64,000 bases of DNA from Octopus vulgaris (GCA_951406725.2 OX597832.1:19344001-19408000), one strand, 5' to 3'. Shown: positions 16,351-30,382, counted from the first letter of the stretch. Numbers and translations: made by a program. Notes: generated from the letters alone by a model not told the origin.

Positions 16351-16539
16351 AATAGGCTGTGAGGAGGGGAATGGAGGGAGATGAAGTGGGTGCTGAGTGG
16401 TAGAGGAAGGAGGAGGAGGGGGAGTGAAGGCAGTAGTATAAGAGGGGAAGGGAGACATTTGCGAGGAAGGTGTTTTCGTTTCGTTGCTCTCCCCTGCTAA
16501 CAACTCCCACTATTGCATAGCTGCTTATCTATTTCTCTC

Positions 16540-16823
16540 CAGCTCAATCTCTCATTCTCTCTACTGTTCTCTCACTCTTGCTCTCCTGTCTATCACTCTC
16601 TCTCTCTCTCTCTCTTTCATTTAATTTCTCTCGCTCGCTTTGCTCTTATACACTTTCCTTCTCGAAAAACAGACAAATTTTAACCTGTTTCTTCCACACT
16701 TAGCTCTCTCTCTCTCTCTCTCTCTCTCACATTAAATTTTCATCTCTCTTTCTCTCTCTCGTCCTCCCATCTCGTTCCTTAACTGTCTCTCTCGTTCTTT
16801 CAATCTCTCTCTCTCTATCTCTT

Positions 16824-16860
<37 letters not shown>

Positions 16861-17269
16861 ACAACCTCCCTTTCTCGATGTCTATCACTCTACGATATCT
16901 TAACGAGAGACAACCTTTCTGTTACTTCCCCTTCAATTAACTTTACCATCTCACTTCTAATATTACCATATACCTTTCTTTAATCTCTCTATCGGTTTAC
17001 ATATATTTTAACACAGTCACTCTCTCTATATCTCTCTCTCCCTCTTTTTTGTTCATTTACTCACTCTATATATATCTTACAGTTTCACTCATTTCGTCTC
17101 TTACACTCTCTCTCTTTCTCTCTTTCTCTCTCTCTCTCTCAGCGTGTCTTTTCTTCTCTCGTTCTCTCGATCACTCCGTTTTCTTATGTTTTTCTCATAT
17201 AAATATAACTTCTCAGTATCTTCAATTTCAAAACATCGCACTGTCTCACAAGTACTGTCTTGCTTCTTT

Positions 17270-17310
<41 letters not shown>
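16540..17310. repeat. (CT)n-rich polypyrimidine tract upstream of the SoxB1 promoter
   Basis: Many (CT)n runs with strong strand asymmetry. Confidence 0.9.
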
Positions 17311-17322
17311 GATAGATAAACA

Positions 17323-17356
<34 letters not shown>

Positions 17357-17617
17357 ATAATTCTATCGTTGTGTATCACACTCTCTCATATTCTCACTTT
17401 ATCCTTCCTCATTAACATTCAGTCAAAATGTATTACAGTCAAAATTGTTTGTTCGTTTGTCTATCTGTCTCTTTCGTAAAACCATCTCACCAACTAGGCA
17501 TACAATATCTTCATATCGAAATTCTCCCTTAAACTCTCAGAGTCGCTTTCATAAACTGTCCTATTTTCCAAACTCACTTCATCACAATGTATATATATAT
17601 TATGTATGTATGTTATT

Positions 17618-17960
17618 ACTTCTTTTGTAGCACCACTCATAAAACTCGGGTCGTACTTTAGCATGGCCGTCGAGGGTTTTCCTCGATCAAATCGACCCCA
17701 CTGCGTTTTTTTTTTTTTTTTATGGATGGGTGTATAAATATTATCGATCTAAATTTCTTCATCAACCAGGTGATAATATTTCATTCAATACCGGTTTAAC
17801 ACTGGTAAACAAATGCAGTGAACATTTCACTCCGCAAAAATTGTATTCACATATTTTGGGTGAAAACGAGGTTACAGTGGAAAGGACGTGTCCATGTGGT
17901 ACGTAGCGATATCGAACGCGGAAACATGTGGTTTCCGAGTAATTATCTTCTTATCCACAG
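17618..17960 (-). mobile_element. SINE family 1, very diverged copy
   Basis: AAATCGACCCCA, ACACCGG-like and GGAAACATGTGGTT blocks. Confidence 0.5.
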
Positions 17961-18211
17961 GGAAACGAGTGTACATGCACTAGCACAATGATATATATAT
18001 ACACACACACACGCAGATACACAAGCGTACACATTTAGCACTAACTCACACACACATGCACTCAGACCAAAAACACATGCTTATATGCTTATACATACAT
18101 GCGTGTACTTTTATGTACGTACACACATATATATGTACATGTGCATATGCGTACATATGTGTATGTCTATGTATACGAGAACGCAAGACTGTATGTATGT
18201 GTACGTCTGTG

Positions 18212-18294
<83 letters not shown>

Positions 18295-18369
18295 GCTAGT
18301 CAGCGCGCTCACATACAAAATGCCGCGAGGTTATATTTTGTACAGTTACTTGTAATATATATAATTTAT

Positions 18370-18776
18370 ATTTTAATTGTTTCAGTCATGAGACTACGGC
18401 CATGCTACAGTGTCGCCTTCAAGAACTTCATTCCATCGGGTCGACCTCATACACAATATTTTCTTTTCTTTTTTCGTTTTCTTGGTAAAGCGCAGTACTT
18501 GTTCTATCGCCTCATTTAGCCTTATCATTAATGTACCGGGAAGTAAATACACCTACACCGGCTGCTAGGTGAATATGGCGAAAAAATGCACACACACACA
18601 TGCTTACATACACGCACATATTCAATGCGTATTGTCAGTCTCACGCAAGAAGATACAATCCAGAGGCATGTGTCGGCCCGAGGTTATATTAGACACTTCA
18701 ATAAGATGAGACGTAATGGGATTGAACACAGAACCATGTGGTTAAGAATGAAACCTCTTACCACGCAGCCACGCTT
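18370..18776 (-). mobile_element. SINE family 1, old diverged copy
   Basis: TGTTTCAGTCAT..CGGCCATGCT, GTCGGCCCGAGG and GAACCATGTGGTT blocks in the expected order. Confidence 0.75.
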
Positions 18777-19444
18777 AAGATGTATATGGATGTATGTATA
18801 CGTGTAAGATTATATAATATATATATATATATATTTGTGTATAGATATATATATGCAGATATGTATACATATATATGCATATATACATATATATATATGT
18901 ATATGCATATATATATAAGTATGTATATAGGCATATATATATGTATATATGCATATATATGTATGTATATATAAATACATATATACATGCATAGATATAT
19001 ACGTATATATAAACATATATATACATATATATACACATATATATATAAGCATACACATACACATATATAAATATATTTACACATACATACATATATATAT
19101 ATATATAGCCGAAATTGCTAGGATGATCCGGTTCTTGACTGAAGATTGAAGACTTCGAATGTCCCGTCCGTGTTTTTTGTATCGTCTTCTAAATGTTTTA
19201 CGTTCTTGTCCCAGTTTGTATTTTTCTACATATAAAATATATATATATATATATATATAATATATCCTATTGTAAAATTTTACGAGAGATCAAGTCAGTA
19301 TTTGTATATATGTAAATATATACTGGCATATATAAAATAATTTTAAAAGTGTTTGTGTGTGTATATAACAATGTGTGTGTTTCAAAGATTTTATGTATGT
19401 ATATATGTAGAACGCATTTGAACGTATCTTCATAAATATAGATA

Positions 19445-19494
<50 letters not shown>

Positions 19495-19553
19495 TAAATA
19501 TATGCAAATATGTGGGTGCCTATGCAGACGTATACATTACATATATATATGTA

Positions 19554-19597
<44 letters not shown>

Positions 19598-19635
19598 ATT
19601 TATCGTGTGTTATATCTATTCAATATATGTATAAA

Positions 19636-19681
<46 letters not shown>

Positions 19682-19819
19682 CATACACTACATAGTAGGT
19701 CTCATTTGTATCAAGATATCTTAGTATTGAAAGTTTCGAGTTCAATACATACTTCTCTATAGTTCATATGCATAATACATTTCGACATACTAATATAATA
19801 CACTTACAAACATATGTAC

Positions 19820-19909
<90 letters not shown>

Positions 19910-20318
19910 TCATACACACATACATATGAATATATACATACATGCAAATATACGGTCGTGCACTTACGCATGTATGCTCACGATGTAATGCTATTTCCCG
20001 ATTCAAAAATAGGGAAGATTATCTCTCGTTGTATTTTAAGCCCCATTTTGAGAAACACATTTGTTGTGTCCCTCTCTGTGCGATTACTCTTTTCCGTTCA
20101 ATTCATCCCCGATAATATAGCTGGTTACATCGAAGTAAATCTCTGTATTATTTCACACTACTCACTGATGTCAAACTGAGAGGGTCAATTCAAATAATGT
20201 TAAACTTTTCCCTCTGTAACAAACAAACTTTTAATCACCGAAGGATGTTTTCTTCAGGAGGTAATCGAAAGATTCATCAATCGAAAATGCGTCCGAAACA
20301 GCTGTAGTGAACCTTTCA

Positions 20319-20358
<40 letters not shown>

Positions 20359-20363
<5 letters not shown>

Positions 20364-20399
20364 GTATTATATTTATAATTTACATGTATATATCATGTG

Positions 20400-20435
<36 letters not shown>

Positions 20436-20472
20436 GTATTATATTTATAATTTACATGTATATATCATGTGC
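20359..20472. repeat. Exact 42-bp direct duplication separated by (TA)n
   Basis: 20359-20400 is identical to 20431-20472. Confidence 0.9.
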
Positions 20473-20493
20473 TATCTATAACATATATTTCAC

Positions 20494-20553
<60 letters not shown>

Positions 20554-20814
20554 ATGAATATATATTATGATATTTACATATTATGATATATTCATAAATA
20601 TTTAATATATAAATCTTTAGAAGTATGTATGTTAGTATAATTTATAGATATATACTATATATGTATGTATGGATATATGTACCTATAAATGGATGAATAC
20701 TATATACATATGTATGCATACGTATTTAAAATACACACGCACATACATACACGCACATACTTACATATGCATGCACATATAAAACGCACAATACATACAT
20801 ATTTACATACATAC

Positions 20815-20862
<48 letters not shown>

Positions 20863-21085
20863 GCATATGCGCAAACACAAATATATACTTAGTATTATTA
20901 TATGTATTTAAATGCATATAAGAATATATGTTCATATCATATATGGATATAAATATATGGATATTTATATATGTGAATTTCTATATGATAAAATGTATAT
21001 AGAAATTTTCATATATGTATGCATGTGTAGTGTGTATATGTGTGTATGTATATATATATATATATATATATATAACATCACCACC

Positions 21086-21125
<40 letters not shown>

Positions 21126-21217
21126 TTTTTTTCGTATGCATGTTTTATGTATGTATACATATAAGTAGGCAATATGTTTGCATCTTAAGTGTCTACATGT
21201 AAATATATGGGTAGTAA

Positions 21218-21264
<47 letters not shown>

Positions 21265-21679
21265 CTCTGAGTGTGTGTAGTTATCTAGATACATAGACGT
21301 AATATATGTAAACAAATGCATAAATATATGTATATATCTATACACACACACGCGCATAAGCACATACATCACACTCACACACAGAGAAAGACAAACACGC
21401 GCATATATATACATATACACAAAAGCATTTCTATGTGTTTTCATAGCTGCAGACCTTTGTATAATTCTGCTCTGACTCAATTGCTAAAAGTTTCACACAC
21501 GCAAGCTAACTGGCTCACCACTTCTCTCTCTACAGTATTTTCCGATATCCATGTTTACACATTCGTCTTTTTCACAAACTCTTCTCAGCGAACCCTCCAC
21601 AAGTTTGCATCAAATACAATACAGGCTAGTATTTATTTTCTTTAGTATTTTAAACTAAATTACAATTCTTGTCCAATCT

Positions 21680-21804
21680 ACCTACTTCTATCTGTCTACC
21701 TATCTACCTACCTATCTATCTATCTCTCTCTATCTATATCTTTCTATCTATTTACCTATCTATCTATCTGTCTATCTATCTCTCTCTCTATCTATCTATC
21801 TCTC

Positions 21805-21862
<58 letters not shown>

Positions 21863-21966
21863 CATCTATCTCTCTGTCTATCTGTCTGTCTCTCTGTCTG
21901 TCTATATATCTATCTATCTATCTATCGATCTATCCATCTATCTATCTATCTGTCTATCTATTTATA

Positions 21967-22025
<59 letters not shown>
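21680..22025. repeat. (TATC)n microsatellite
   Basis: Visible tandem repeat. Confidence 0.97.
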
Positions 22026-22381
22026 ACATTCATGCATCCGACTATATATATATGTGTGTGTGTTTGTGTGTGCGTGTGATTTTAATCGTAAATTTAGCCA
22101 TCTTATCTATCGTCATCGCTCTATCTATTGATCTATCGATGAGATTACATTTGTCTGAGTATGTGAGATTTCGTGTGTGTTTGTTTATGAGTATCCATTT
22201 CATGTTTAACAACATAATCAACTCTATATGAATCTATATATCACTCCCTAAACGTCTCCTTGCTTCATGCTACCTGTCTGTCCGTATTTAGCCATGTGAT
22301 TATCTGTGTGCATGTGCGTGTGTGTGTGTATGTTTGTGTGTGTGTGTGTGTGCTTATGTATATATAAATATATATATATGC

Positions 22382-22415
<34 letters not shown>

Positions 22416-22443
22416 GCATACATACGTGCATACATACATATAC

Positions 22444-22502
<59 letters not shown>

Positions 22503-22911
22503 TGTGTGTGTGTGTTTGTGTGTGCGTGTGTGTCAGCAATTTAACAAATTACATCCTCATTCTCTGTCTATTTATAGGTCTGACTCTCTTTCAGTTTCTC
22601 TCGTTTCTTCTCATTAGTGTTCACACACACATACACACACACACACATACACACACACACATACACACACATACACACACACATACACACACATCAGCAG
22701 GGATAGATAAAGACACATACACAGGCGAACGTCAGTGGGGATACAAACACCACACATTCTTCATAGCAAACTATATTAATACCTTTAAATATAATTCTGT
22801 TCATAACACACACACACACACACACACTCACACATACACACTCAATATATATATTTGTTCTCATTTGCACGATCTCTCACTTTCACTCTATTTCTCTCTT
22901 TCACTCTTTCA

Positions 22912-22947
<36 letters not shown>

Positions 22948-23449
22948 GACTCTTTCACACATGCGCGTGTGTGTGTAGCTACATCTGGCATACACTAACT
23001 GAAATTGCACATGACAGAAAAACACAAGCATGTGTGTGTGTGTGCGTGTCTATATGTGTGATTGTGTGTGTGTGCGTGCGTGAGGGAGTGCGTGATTGTG
23101 GTTGTGTGAGTGTGTGTATGTGGTTCTGTCAATGCGTGAGTGCGTGCGTGTGTAGTTGTGTGAATGCGTGAGTACTTTACTGTATACACACACACACACA
23201 CATACACACAGAGTTATACGTGAGTTTGTATGTGAGCAAATTTTTCTCATGTGCTGTATTGAAAACAGATTATATACGTATAAAATGTGAAAAGCATAAA
23301 AACGCGTGTATAAATGTGTGTGTGTGTGTGTGTGTGCGTGTATTTGTGTGCGTGAGTTTATGTAATTTTTTTATAATATACATTCACTTATATATGTATA
23401 CAATAATCCTGTAACAATCTTAACATTTATCTTGTAAATCGCCTTGTTT

Positions 23450-23560
23450 CATTTCACCTTTCATCCTTCGGGGGTGAAGGAAAATAAGTGCCAGTTGAAG
23501 GCTGGGGTCGATGTAATCGATTTTATCCCCTCCACCGAAATTGCTGGCCTTGTGCCAAAA
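23450..23560 (+). mobile_element. SINE family 2, 3' part
   Basis: CCTTTCATCCTTCGGGG...GGGGTCGATGTAATCGA...GGCCTTGTGCC. Confidence 0.7.
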
Positions 23561-23638
23561 TTATATATCAATATTCATGTTTGCAAAAATATATATATTT
23601 AAAAACATGTGTACCTTGTGTGAGTGTATATCGGTACA

Positions 23639-23721
<83 letters not shown>

Positions 23722-23874
23722 ATATAATCTCAAAATTAATCAGACAAAATTGCAAAGATGATCCGGTTTTTGACTGAAGATCGAAGGCTTCGAATGTCCC
23801 GTACCGTTTTTTTTTTTGTATCGTCTTCTAAATGTTTTGCGTTCTTGTCACAGTTTGTGTTTGTTTACATTTAT

Positions 23875-23935
<61 letters not shown>

Positions 23936-24108
23936 GGTGTAAAGGTTGAAAGTGGATTCGTCATCTAATTGAAGGTTTCCCAAAAATATATCTAATGTTG
24001 ATTCTTCATACTTTGCTGGGAGTTTACAGGCGTAAATTTGCGAAGATATGAAAGTAGTACTTGTAAATAATGTATGATGAATTTATGAAATGAAGTTCCA
24101 AATATCCC

Positions 24109-24207
24109 ATCAATTTTGTTAAAAATGGAGGCGACAACTTGTTAAAATTTATTAGAACTTCTTATAAATTTTAACAAATTGTCTCCTCCATTTTTAACAA
24201 AATTGAT
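24109..24207. repeat. 99-bp palindrome
   Basis: 49-bp arms with 3 mismatches and a 1-nt centre at 24158. Confidence 0.95.
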
Positions 24208-24240
24208 TTGGTTGCTTGTAAGTATTTCATTTATTTCTTA

Positions 24241-24311
24241 TCGTATTCTCTACTGAAGACGGAAAAATCCGTGGGATTAATCCCGAAATTGATTCAATAT
24301 AGAGATAACGA
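24241..24311 (+). ncRNA. Type I hammerhead ribozyme candidate with an extra hairpin
   Basis: Stem I UCUCUA/UAGAGA, core CUGAAGA (24253-24259), hairpins CGGA/UCCG and GGGA/UCCC, GAAA (24285-24288), stem III AUUG/CAAU, cleavage triplet AUA. Confidence 0.65.
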
Positions 24312-24496
24312 AATTTAAAAAAAATTCTGTTAGCTTGCATTCCTCGATTTCAGCACGACGTGTATTCATGGTGAATGTACATTGTAATGTGGTGAATGAC
24401 GATTTAAAGCCTATTCTCAGCATATTGGCATAGAAATCTTCTTTTGCCATTGTTTATAATTGTTTATATATGTATATATGTATATATATATATACG

Positions 24497-24945
24497 TTCT
24501 TTTACTCCTTTACATGTTTCAGTCATTTGACAGTGGCCATGCTGGAGCACTGCCTTTAGTCGAGCAAATCCTCCCCAGGACTTATTCTTTGTAAGCCTAG
24601 TACTTATTCGATCAGTCTTTTTTGCCGAACCGCTAAGTTATGGGGACGTAAACACACCAGCATCGGTTGTCAAGTGATGTGGTGGGGGAAAAACAGACAC
24701 ACAAACATACATACACACACACACGCACACACACATATATATATATGTATATATATACATATATATATATATACATATATACGACGGGCTTCTTTCAGTT
24801 TCCGTCTACCAAATCCACTCACAAGGCTTTGGTCGGCCCGAGGCTCTAGTAGAAGACACTTGCCCAAGGTGCCACGCAGTGGGAATGAACCCGGAATCAT
24901 GTGGCTGGTAAGCAAGCTACTTACCACACAGCCACTTCTACGCCT
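24497..24945 (-). mobile_element. SINE family 1 (tRNA-derived, CORE-like), full length
   Basis: Minus-strand head with A-box TGGCTGTGTGG, B-box-like GGTTCATTCCC, CORE-like CACCTTGGGCAAGTG, internal (TA)/(TG) tract and GTAAAAGA-type tail. At least 10 copies in the window. Confidence 0.9.
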
Positions 24946-25263
24946 ATATATAAAGAAAATGAGGGCAATAAACGATTAACCCATATATAAGATCATAAAA
25001 GAAATGAAGTCTTAAAATATCACTGTAATTAGATTAAACGTTATGGTAAGCTTTCACAATCTGGAAGAAAATGAGAGCATGCAACCGTTAGCCACGGGTG
25101 TCGACTTCCTACGAAAATCTTGTGTGCTCAATCAGATGTTTCCCAGCGAGTTCATGTCCAGGCAAGTAGGAGCAGGTTTCGTGTTACGAAAACGCAACCA
25201 GGAGTATGTATGGGTTGAACTACAATAGCTTACAGCTGTTTCTGCTATTATATATGCAGTGGA

Positions 25264-25498
25264 CTCAGCCGCCTGGATTACTGCTTCCAGCATTGGTCAC
25301 CCAACAGTGTAATATTAAAAGCGGACCTTGAAGCAATCAAGCGAGTCTTTCGTTTCTATTCAACAGCTCAGCTACTGGGAAAGGCTGAAATGCTTAAGGC
25401 TCTACTCCCTGTAGCGAAGGAAAGAGAGGTATGCTGTAATATGCATATTGAGGATCCTGGTAGAAATTGAGCCAAATTTTGGCATTGAAAGCTACACC
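25264..25498 (+). mobile_element. CR1/L2-group LINE ORF2 C-terminal fragment
   Basis: Translates as LSRLDYCFQHWSP...ADLEAIKR...LSYWERLKCLRLYSL*RRKERYAVICILRIL...PNFGIESYT. Confidence 0.85.
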
Positions 25499-25502
25499 AT
25501 GT

Positions 25503-25541
<39 letters not shown>

Positions 25542-25557
25542 TATGTGTTTGTATGTG

Positions 25558-25615
<58 letters not shown>

Positions 25616-26785
25616 GACACAAACAAAATTTTTTACCGCAATATGATTATAATGCATGGGATTTTGAGAGTGTTTGCAAATCATCTATTAGTGATATAAC
25701 TATATGAATAGCCAAAATTTTAGTGGGGAACCATTTGTTTGGAACTTCAATTTCCGCTCAATATTACTTGAAGAAGGCAATGCAAAACGTAAATGTGCAA
25801 TCAGGTGGTGTTTGTGATTCAGCCACTCTTGGGAAGTGCCTGCTTTTAGAGACACTGTCAGAGTAATGCACTGTGAGTGAATCAGGTGCACAAAAACTAT
25901 GGAATCTTGCCCTATACATATATATATTAACAAAAACATTATATAAGTATATGCATATATACATACATATATGTACGTACTTACATATATATGTATATAT
26001 ACATGCATATATGGGTACAGGACATCAAAAAGACGTAGACAAACTGAGAAACAAGAACATAAATGTAAAAACATAGAAAAAGAACTTGTTTTCGAACAAC
26101 CAAAGAAAGAAACAAACAGAGAAACGAGACATGCAACATAAAGACTATTCCCCTTATTTAGTTGTCGCTGTTTCATCTACGCCACGTTTCCGAAGGCAAG
26201 GATAAGACGCGACTTCGTTGAAATAGTCCTTCCCGCAAAGCAAATTAAATAAAATTTTGGTTCTTTTGCGGAGGGTTAAATTGGTAACAAAAACCGGACA
26301 GTGAGAACAAAACAGTATATACAAACATTGAGGGCTGTTAAGCCAAGAGGATGTGAAGTGGTGAACGCTGGAAAAACAAGCTTTGAAAAGAGACAGATAA
26401 AAGCACGTCTTGTCCTCTGGAAGGATGTAAAAGAAAGAAAGATGGATAGCCGTTAGTCGCGTGTGAGCAACGACAGATTCAAGGAGAAGAATTGGGTAAT
26501 GGTGGGAGAGAAAATAGAAAGGAAGAAGAGATGGAGATAGATAGACAGAATAGACGTATAATGAGAGTGCGTATCGTAATTATATACATATTATCTGTAT
26601 TAATTTTAATCATTAAATTGTGGTTACAGCCTCGGAGAGTTTTTTGAAGCCTGTTACACATTTTATTGTTCTCCTTTCCCGAACGGCAAAATTACAGGGA
26701 CGTAAAAACACAACACCATCGTATGTTGTCAAGCGATGGCTGGTGACACATAGAAACACATATGCATATACTTGCATATATATGT

Positions 26786-27168
26786 GCAGTGGGGTGGCTG
26801 TGTCGTAAGAAGCTCACTTCCCAACCACACGGTTTCGGTTCCACTGCGTGGCACCTTGGGCAATTGTTTTCTTCAATAAACACGGGAGGATCATAGCTGT
26901 GTGAAGTCGCGTCTTATCCTTGCCGTCGTATATCAAATATGTATATATTTGCGTGTTTAGGTCTGCTCTCATCCCCGCTTCCCATCAACACCATCGATTG
27001 ACAATCGATGTTGGTGTGTTTACGTACTCGTAACTTAGCGTTTCGGTAAAAGAGACCGGTAGAATAAGTACTGGACTTACAAGGGATAAGTCCTGATGGG
27101 TCTTCATTCCACTAAACGCAGTGCTCCAGCATGGCCGCAGTCAAAAGACTGAAGCAGGTAAAAGAATA
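26786..27168 (+). mobile_element. SINE family 1, diverged copy
   Basis: GTGGCTGTGTCGTAAG...CACCTTGGGCAA...GTGCTCCAGCATGGCCGCAGTCAAAAGACTG. Confidence 0.8.
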
Positions 27169-27196
27169 TATATATGTATGTATATATATATGTATG

Positions 27197-27239
<43 letters not shown>

Positions 27240-28090
27240 TATATATATATATATACACACACACTTATATATATAAACACACATACGTACATTCATACAT
27301 TTGCCTAGACTTATATATACATATTTAAACATAGAAGCATATACACATATACACACACTCACACACACGTACAGAAGTCAGTCACAAACAAACAAGTACT
27401 TGAAATTATACTAAACACACCATTAGTAATACTACTGATGCTACAATACTACTACTACTAGTATTTCCATTCTCCTTGTATCCCGCTGCTACTCGATGGA
27501 AGACTGAAATAGCCAAGGAGAGTATTTGTGGGAAGAAGAAGGAGTGCTGAAGGGTCGGTTTGAAGTTCTGTTTCTGCGTTGTTATTGTTTTTTGTTGATG
27601 TTGAGAAAGGAAAGGATTGGACGGAGAGTGGAGGTGGTCGGTGAGCGCAGAGTAGTATGGTCGGTAGGTTGTAGAAGTTGTTTGTCAACGGTGGGAATGT
27701 AGATAAAAGGTCATAAGGATAATATGTGAGTGTTTGTATACACACACACACATACGCACACACACATATACGTACACACACACACACATACATATAGTTA
27801 AGCATATGTAGGTGCAACTATATATATATATATATATATTGAAAGACATAAGGGGGGGGGTGTGTTTGTGGGTATTTTGTGTGTATCCTTTAAACACTCA
27901 CAAGCACCCATGCTGGGACATCTCCTTCAAGGTTTTATCGTACAATTCAACTCCAAAACACATATACCCTCGCAAACACGCACATACATGCCTACATATA
28001 TAGGTAAATACATAGATTCGCGTGCACACACACACATACACACACACGTACACACACACACGTACACACAAACATGCACACACACACATA

Positions 28091-28633
28091 CAGGGTCAGG
28101 CAAAATGATCTGACACATTTGTAGGTTAAATAAAAGGCAAATGAAGTCAAGAAACAAAAAAGTGTTTTTATTTTTGAAAACTACATATAATGCCATTTTG
28201 TTTCATTATGTTTTAAAAATTAAATCAATCAAATGGGATTCATTATTGTCCACACACTGTCGAAGGCGTTCACGAAAGTTGTCAATAACTCGGCGGGTTA
28301 TTTCATGTGGAATGGCAGTAATTTCTTGACGAATTGCATCTTTAAGTTGTTCAGCCGGTTGATTTTCGTTTCAATGCAGATCCAGTAGCTCTGAAGTTGG
28401 TAACCCATAACAAGATCGTGTTTCGAGCTGGTACGGGAACATGTCTACCAAGATTGAAGTGCAAACGGAACGCTCTTTGTGTTGCAGTTACAGAATCGTT
28501 TGTTTTGATAAACGTTTCCACAATGAAAACGCGATGCTCACCAGTCCAATTCATGGCAACAACTGAAAAAGAAACGAAAAACAATGCCTTTTATTTAACC
28601 TACAAATGTGTCAGATCATTTTGCCTGACCCTG
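28091..28633 (-). mobile_element. Internally deleted Tc1/mariner-superfamily DNA transposon (543 bp, rosa/DD41D-like)
   Basis: Perfect 49-bp TIRs (28091-28139, 28585-28633) flanked by TA. Minus strand encodes a transposase N-terminus (MNWTGEHRVFIVETF...TQRAFRLHF...TILLWVTNFRATGS from 28554) joined to a C-terminus (QLKDAIRQEITAIP...NFRERLRQCVDNNESHLIDLIFKT*, ending 28206). Confidence 0.92.
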
Positions 28634-28671
28634 TATATATATATGTACATATACATATATACAAACATATA

Positions 28672-29044
28672 TTCTTTTACTTGTGGCCATGCTGGAGCAC
28701 CGCCTTTAGTCGAGCAAATCGACCCCAGGACTTATGCTTTGTAAACCTAGTACTTATTCTATCGGTCTTTTTTTGCCGAACCGCTAAGTTACGGGGAAGT
28801 AAACACAGTATCATCTGTTGTCAAGCGATGTTGGGGGAAAAACACAGACACACAAACACATACACACACATGCATATATACGACGGGCTTCTTTCAGTTT
28901 CCGTCTACCAAATCCACTCACAAGGCTTTGGTCGGCCCGAGGCTATAGTAGAAGACACTTGCCCAAGGTGCTACGCAGTGGGACTGGACCCAGAACCATG
29001 TGGTTTGTAAGCAAGCTACTTACCACAGAGCCACTCCTGCGCCT
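28672..29044 (-). mobile_element. SINE family 1, full length
   Basis: High identity to 24497-24945 and 60979-61374. Confidence 0.9.
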
Positions 29045-29067
29045 ATACAAAGAAGCAAACTTATATA

Positions 29068-29488
29068 CATCCATATTACAAGTTCAGGTTTATAACCTGT
29101 AATTATTGGCTCCCTGGAATATGTAGCACATTGCCTAAATACCAACCTTGAGAAATTAGGCTTTTCAAAACCAGAAAGGAAAAAGCTAATTCGCAAACTA
29201 CAGATCCAATCCATCAGAGGAACTGCAAAAATCTGTAAATCTTTCCAGATGTATATGAGCACGTCTAGATGTGTCGCTATATGCATAAGTGTACATACAT
29301 AAAGCATACAAATCTGCACATACATACATACATACATACATACATACATACATACATACATACATACATACATACATACATACATACATACATACATACA
29401 TACATACATGCATGCATGCATACATACATACATACATACATACATACATGCATGCATGCATGCATGCATACATACATACATACATACA

Positions 29489-29548
<60 letters not shown>

Positions 29549-29648
29549 CATACATACATACATACATACATATACATACATACATACATACATACATACA
29601 TACATACATACATACATACATACATACATACATACATACATACATACA

Positions 29649-29680
<32 letters not shown>

Positions 29681-29891
29681 CATACATACATACATACATA
29701 CATACATACATACATACATACATACATACATACATACATACATACATACATACATACATACATACATACATACATACATACATACATACATGCAAAATTT
29801 CCCTGTTGCTGATTTTGAAATTCCAATGAAGGACCATCGGATTTAGATAAGAAACCATTGGCAAAAAATCTTGAAATGAACTAAATAATGA
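29068..29891 (+). mobile_element. R4/Dong-like (RLE) non-LTR retrotransposon 3' end
   Basis: YKFRFI/PVIIGSLEYVAHCLNTNLEKLGFSKPERKKLIRKLQIQSIRGTAKICKSF resembles the C-terminus after the RLE domain. The 3' boundary beyond the (CATA)n array is inferred. Confidence 0.7.
29319..29790. repeat. (CATA)n microsatellite, ~470 bp
   Basis: Visible tandem repeat with CATG variants. Confidence 0.98.
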
Positions 29892-30054
29892 CATACAAAC
29901 ACATATTCAGTCTACGAAATTTAGTCACAAGTCATTCGTCGGTCCGGACTCGTCCAATCTGTCAAGCATTGAGGCTGAACCAGATATCATGCAATTTCAC
30001 TGAAATTCTTTACCGCGCAATTATGCCTGCGCCTATATATATATATATATATAT

Positions 30055-30194
30055 ATTATTTGCATTCGACGTATATTTCTCCTCATCTTGTTTGTTGTTA
30101 ACACAACGTTTCGATTGATTTACCTTTCCAGCTTTTTTCATGGTGTCTTGGGGAAATTTCGAACATGGGTTCTCATTCCTATGGTACTTTTCGA

Positions 30195-30281
<87 letters not shown>

Positions 30282-30382
30282 CAGGTCACTGCTTGGAATA
30301 GAACTCGGATTCTTCGGGTTAGATTCCGAGTTCGATTCCAAGCAGTGACCTGAACAAAAACAACAGCAACAACAACAACAGC

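Noticed and set aside
24667-24979. Recurrent peptide RRASFSFRLPNPLTRLWSARG in several ORFs
   Set aside because: Antisense translation of SINE family 1, not a gene family.
26140-26235. Structured segment closed by GACTATT/AATAGTC with GAAAC motifs
   Set aside because: Probably a repeat remnant, but no CUGANGA core is present, so it cannot be called a ribozyme.
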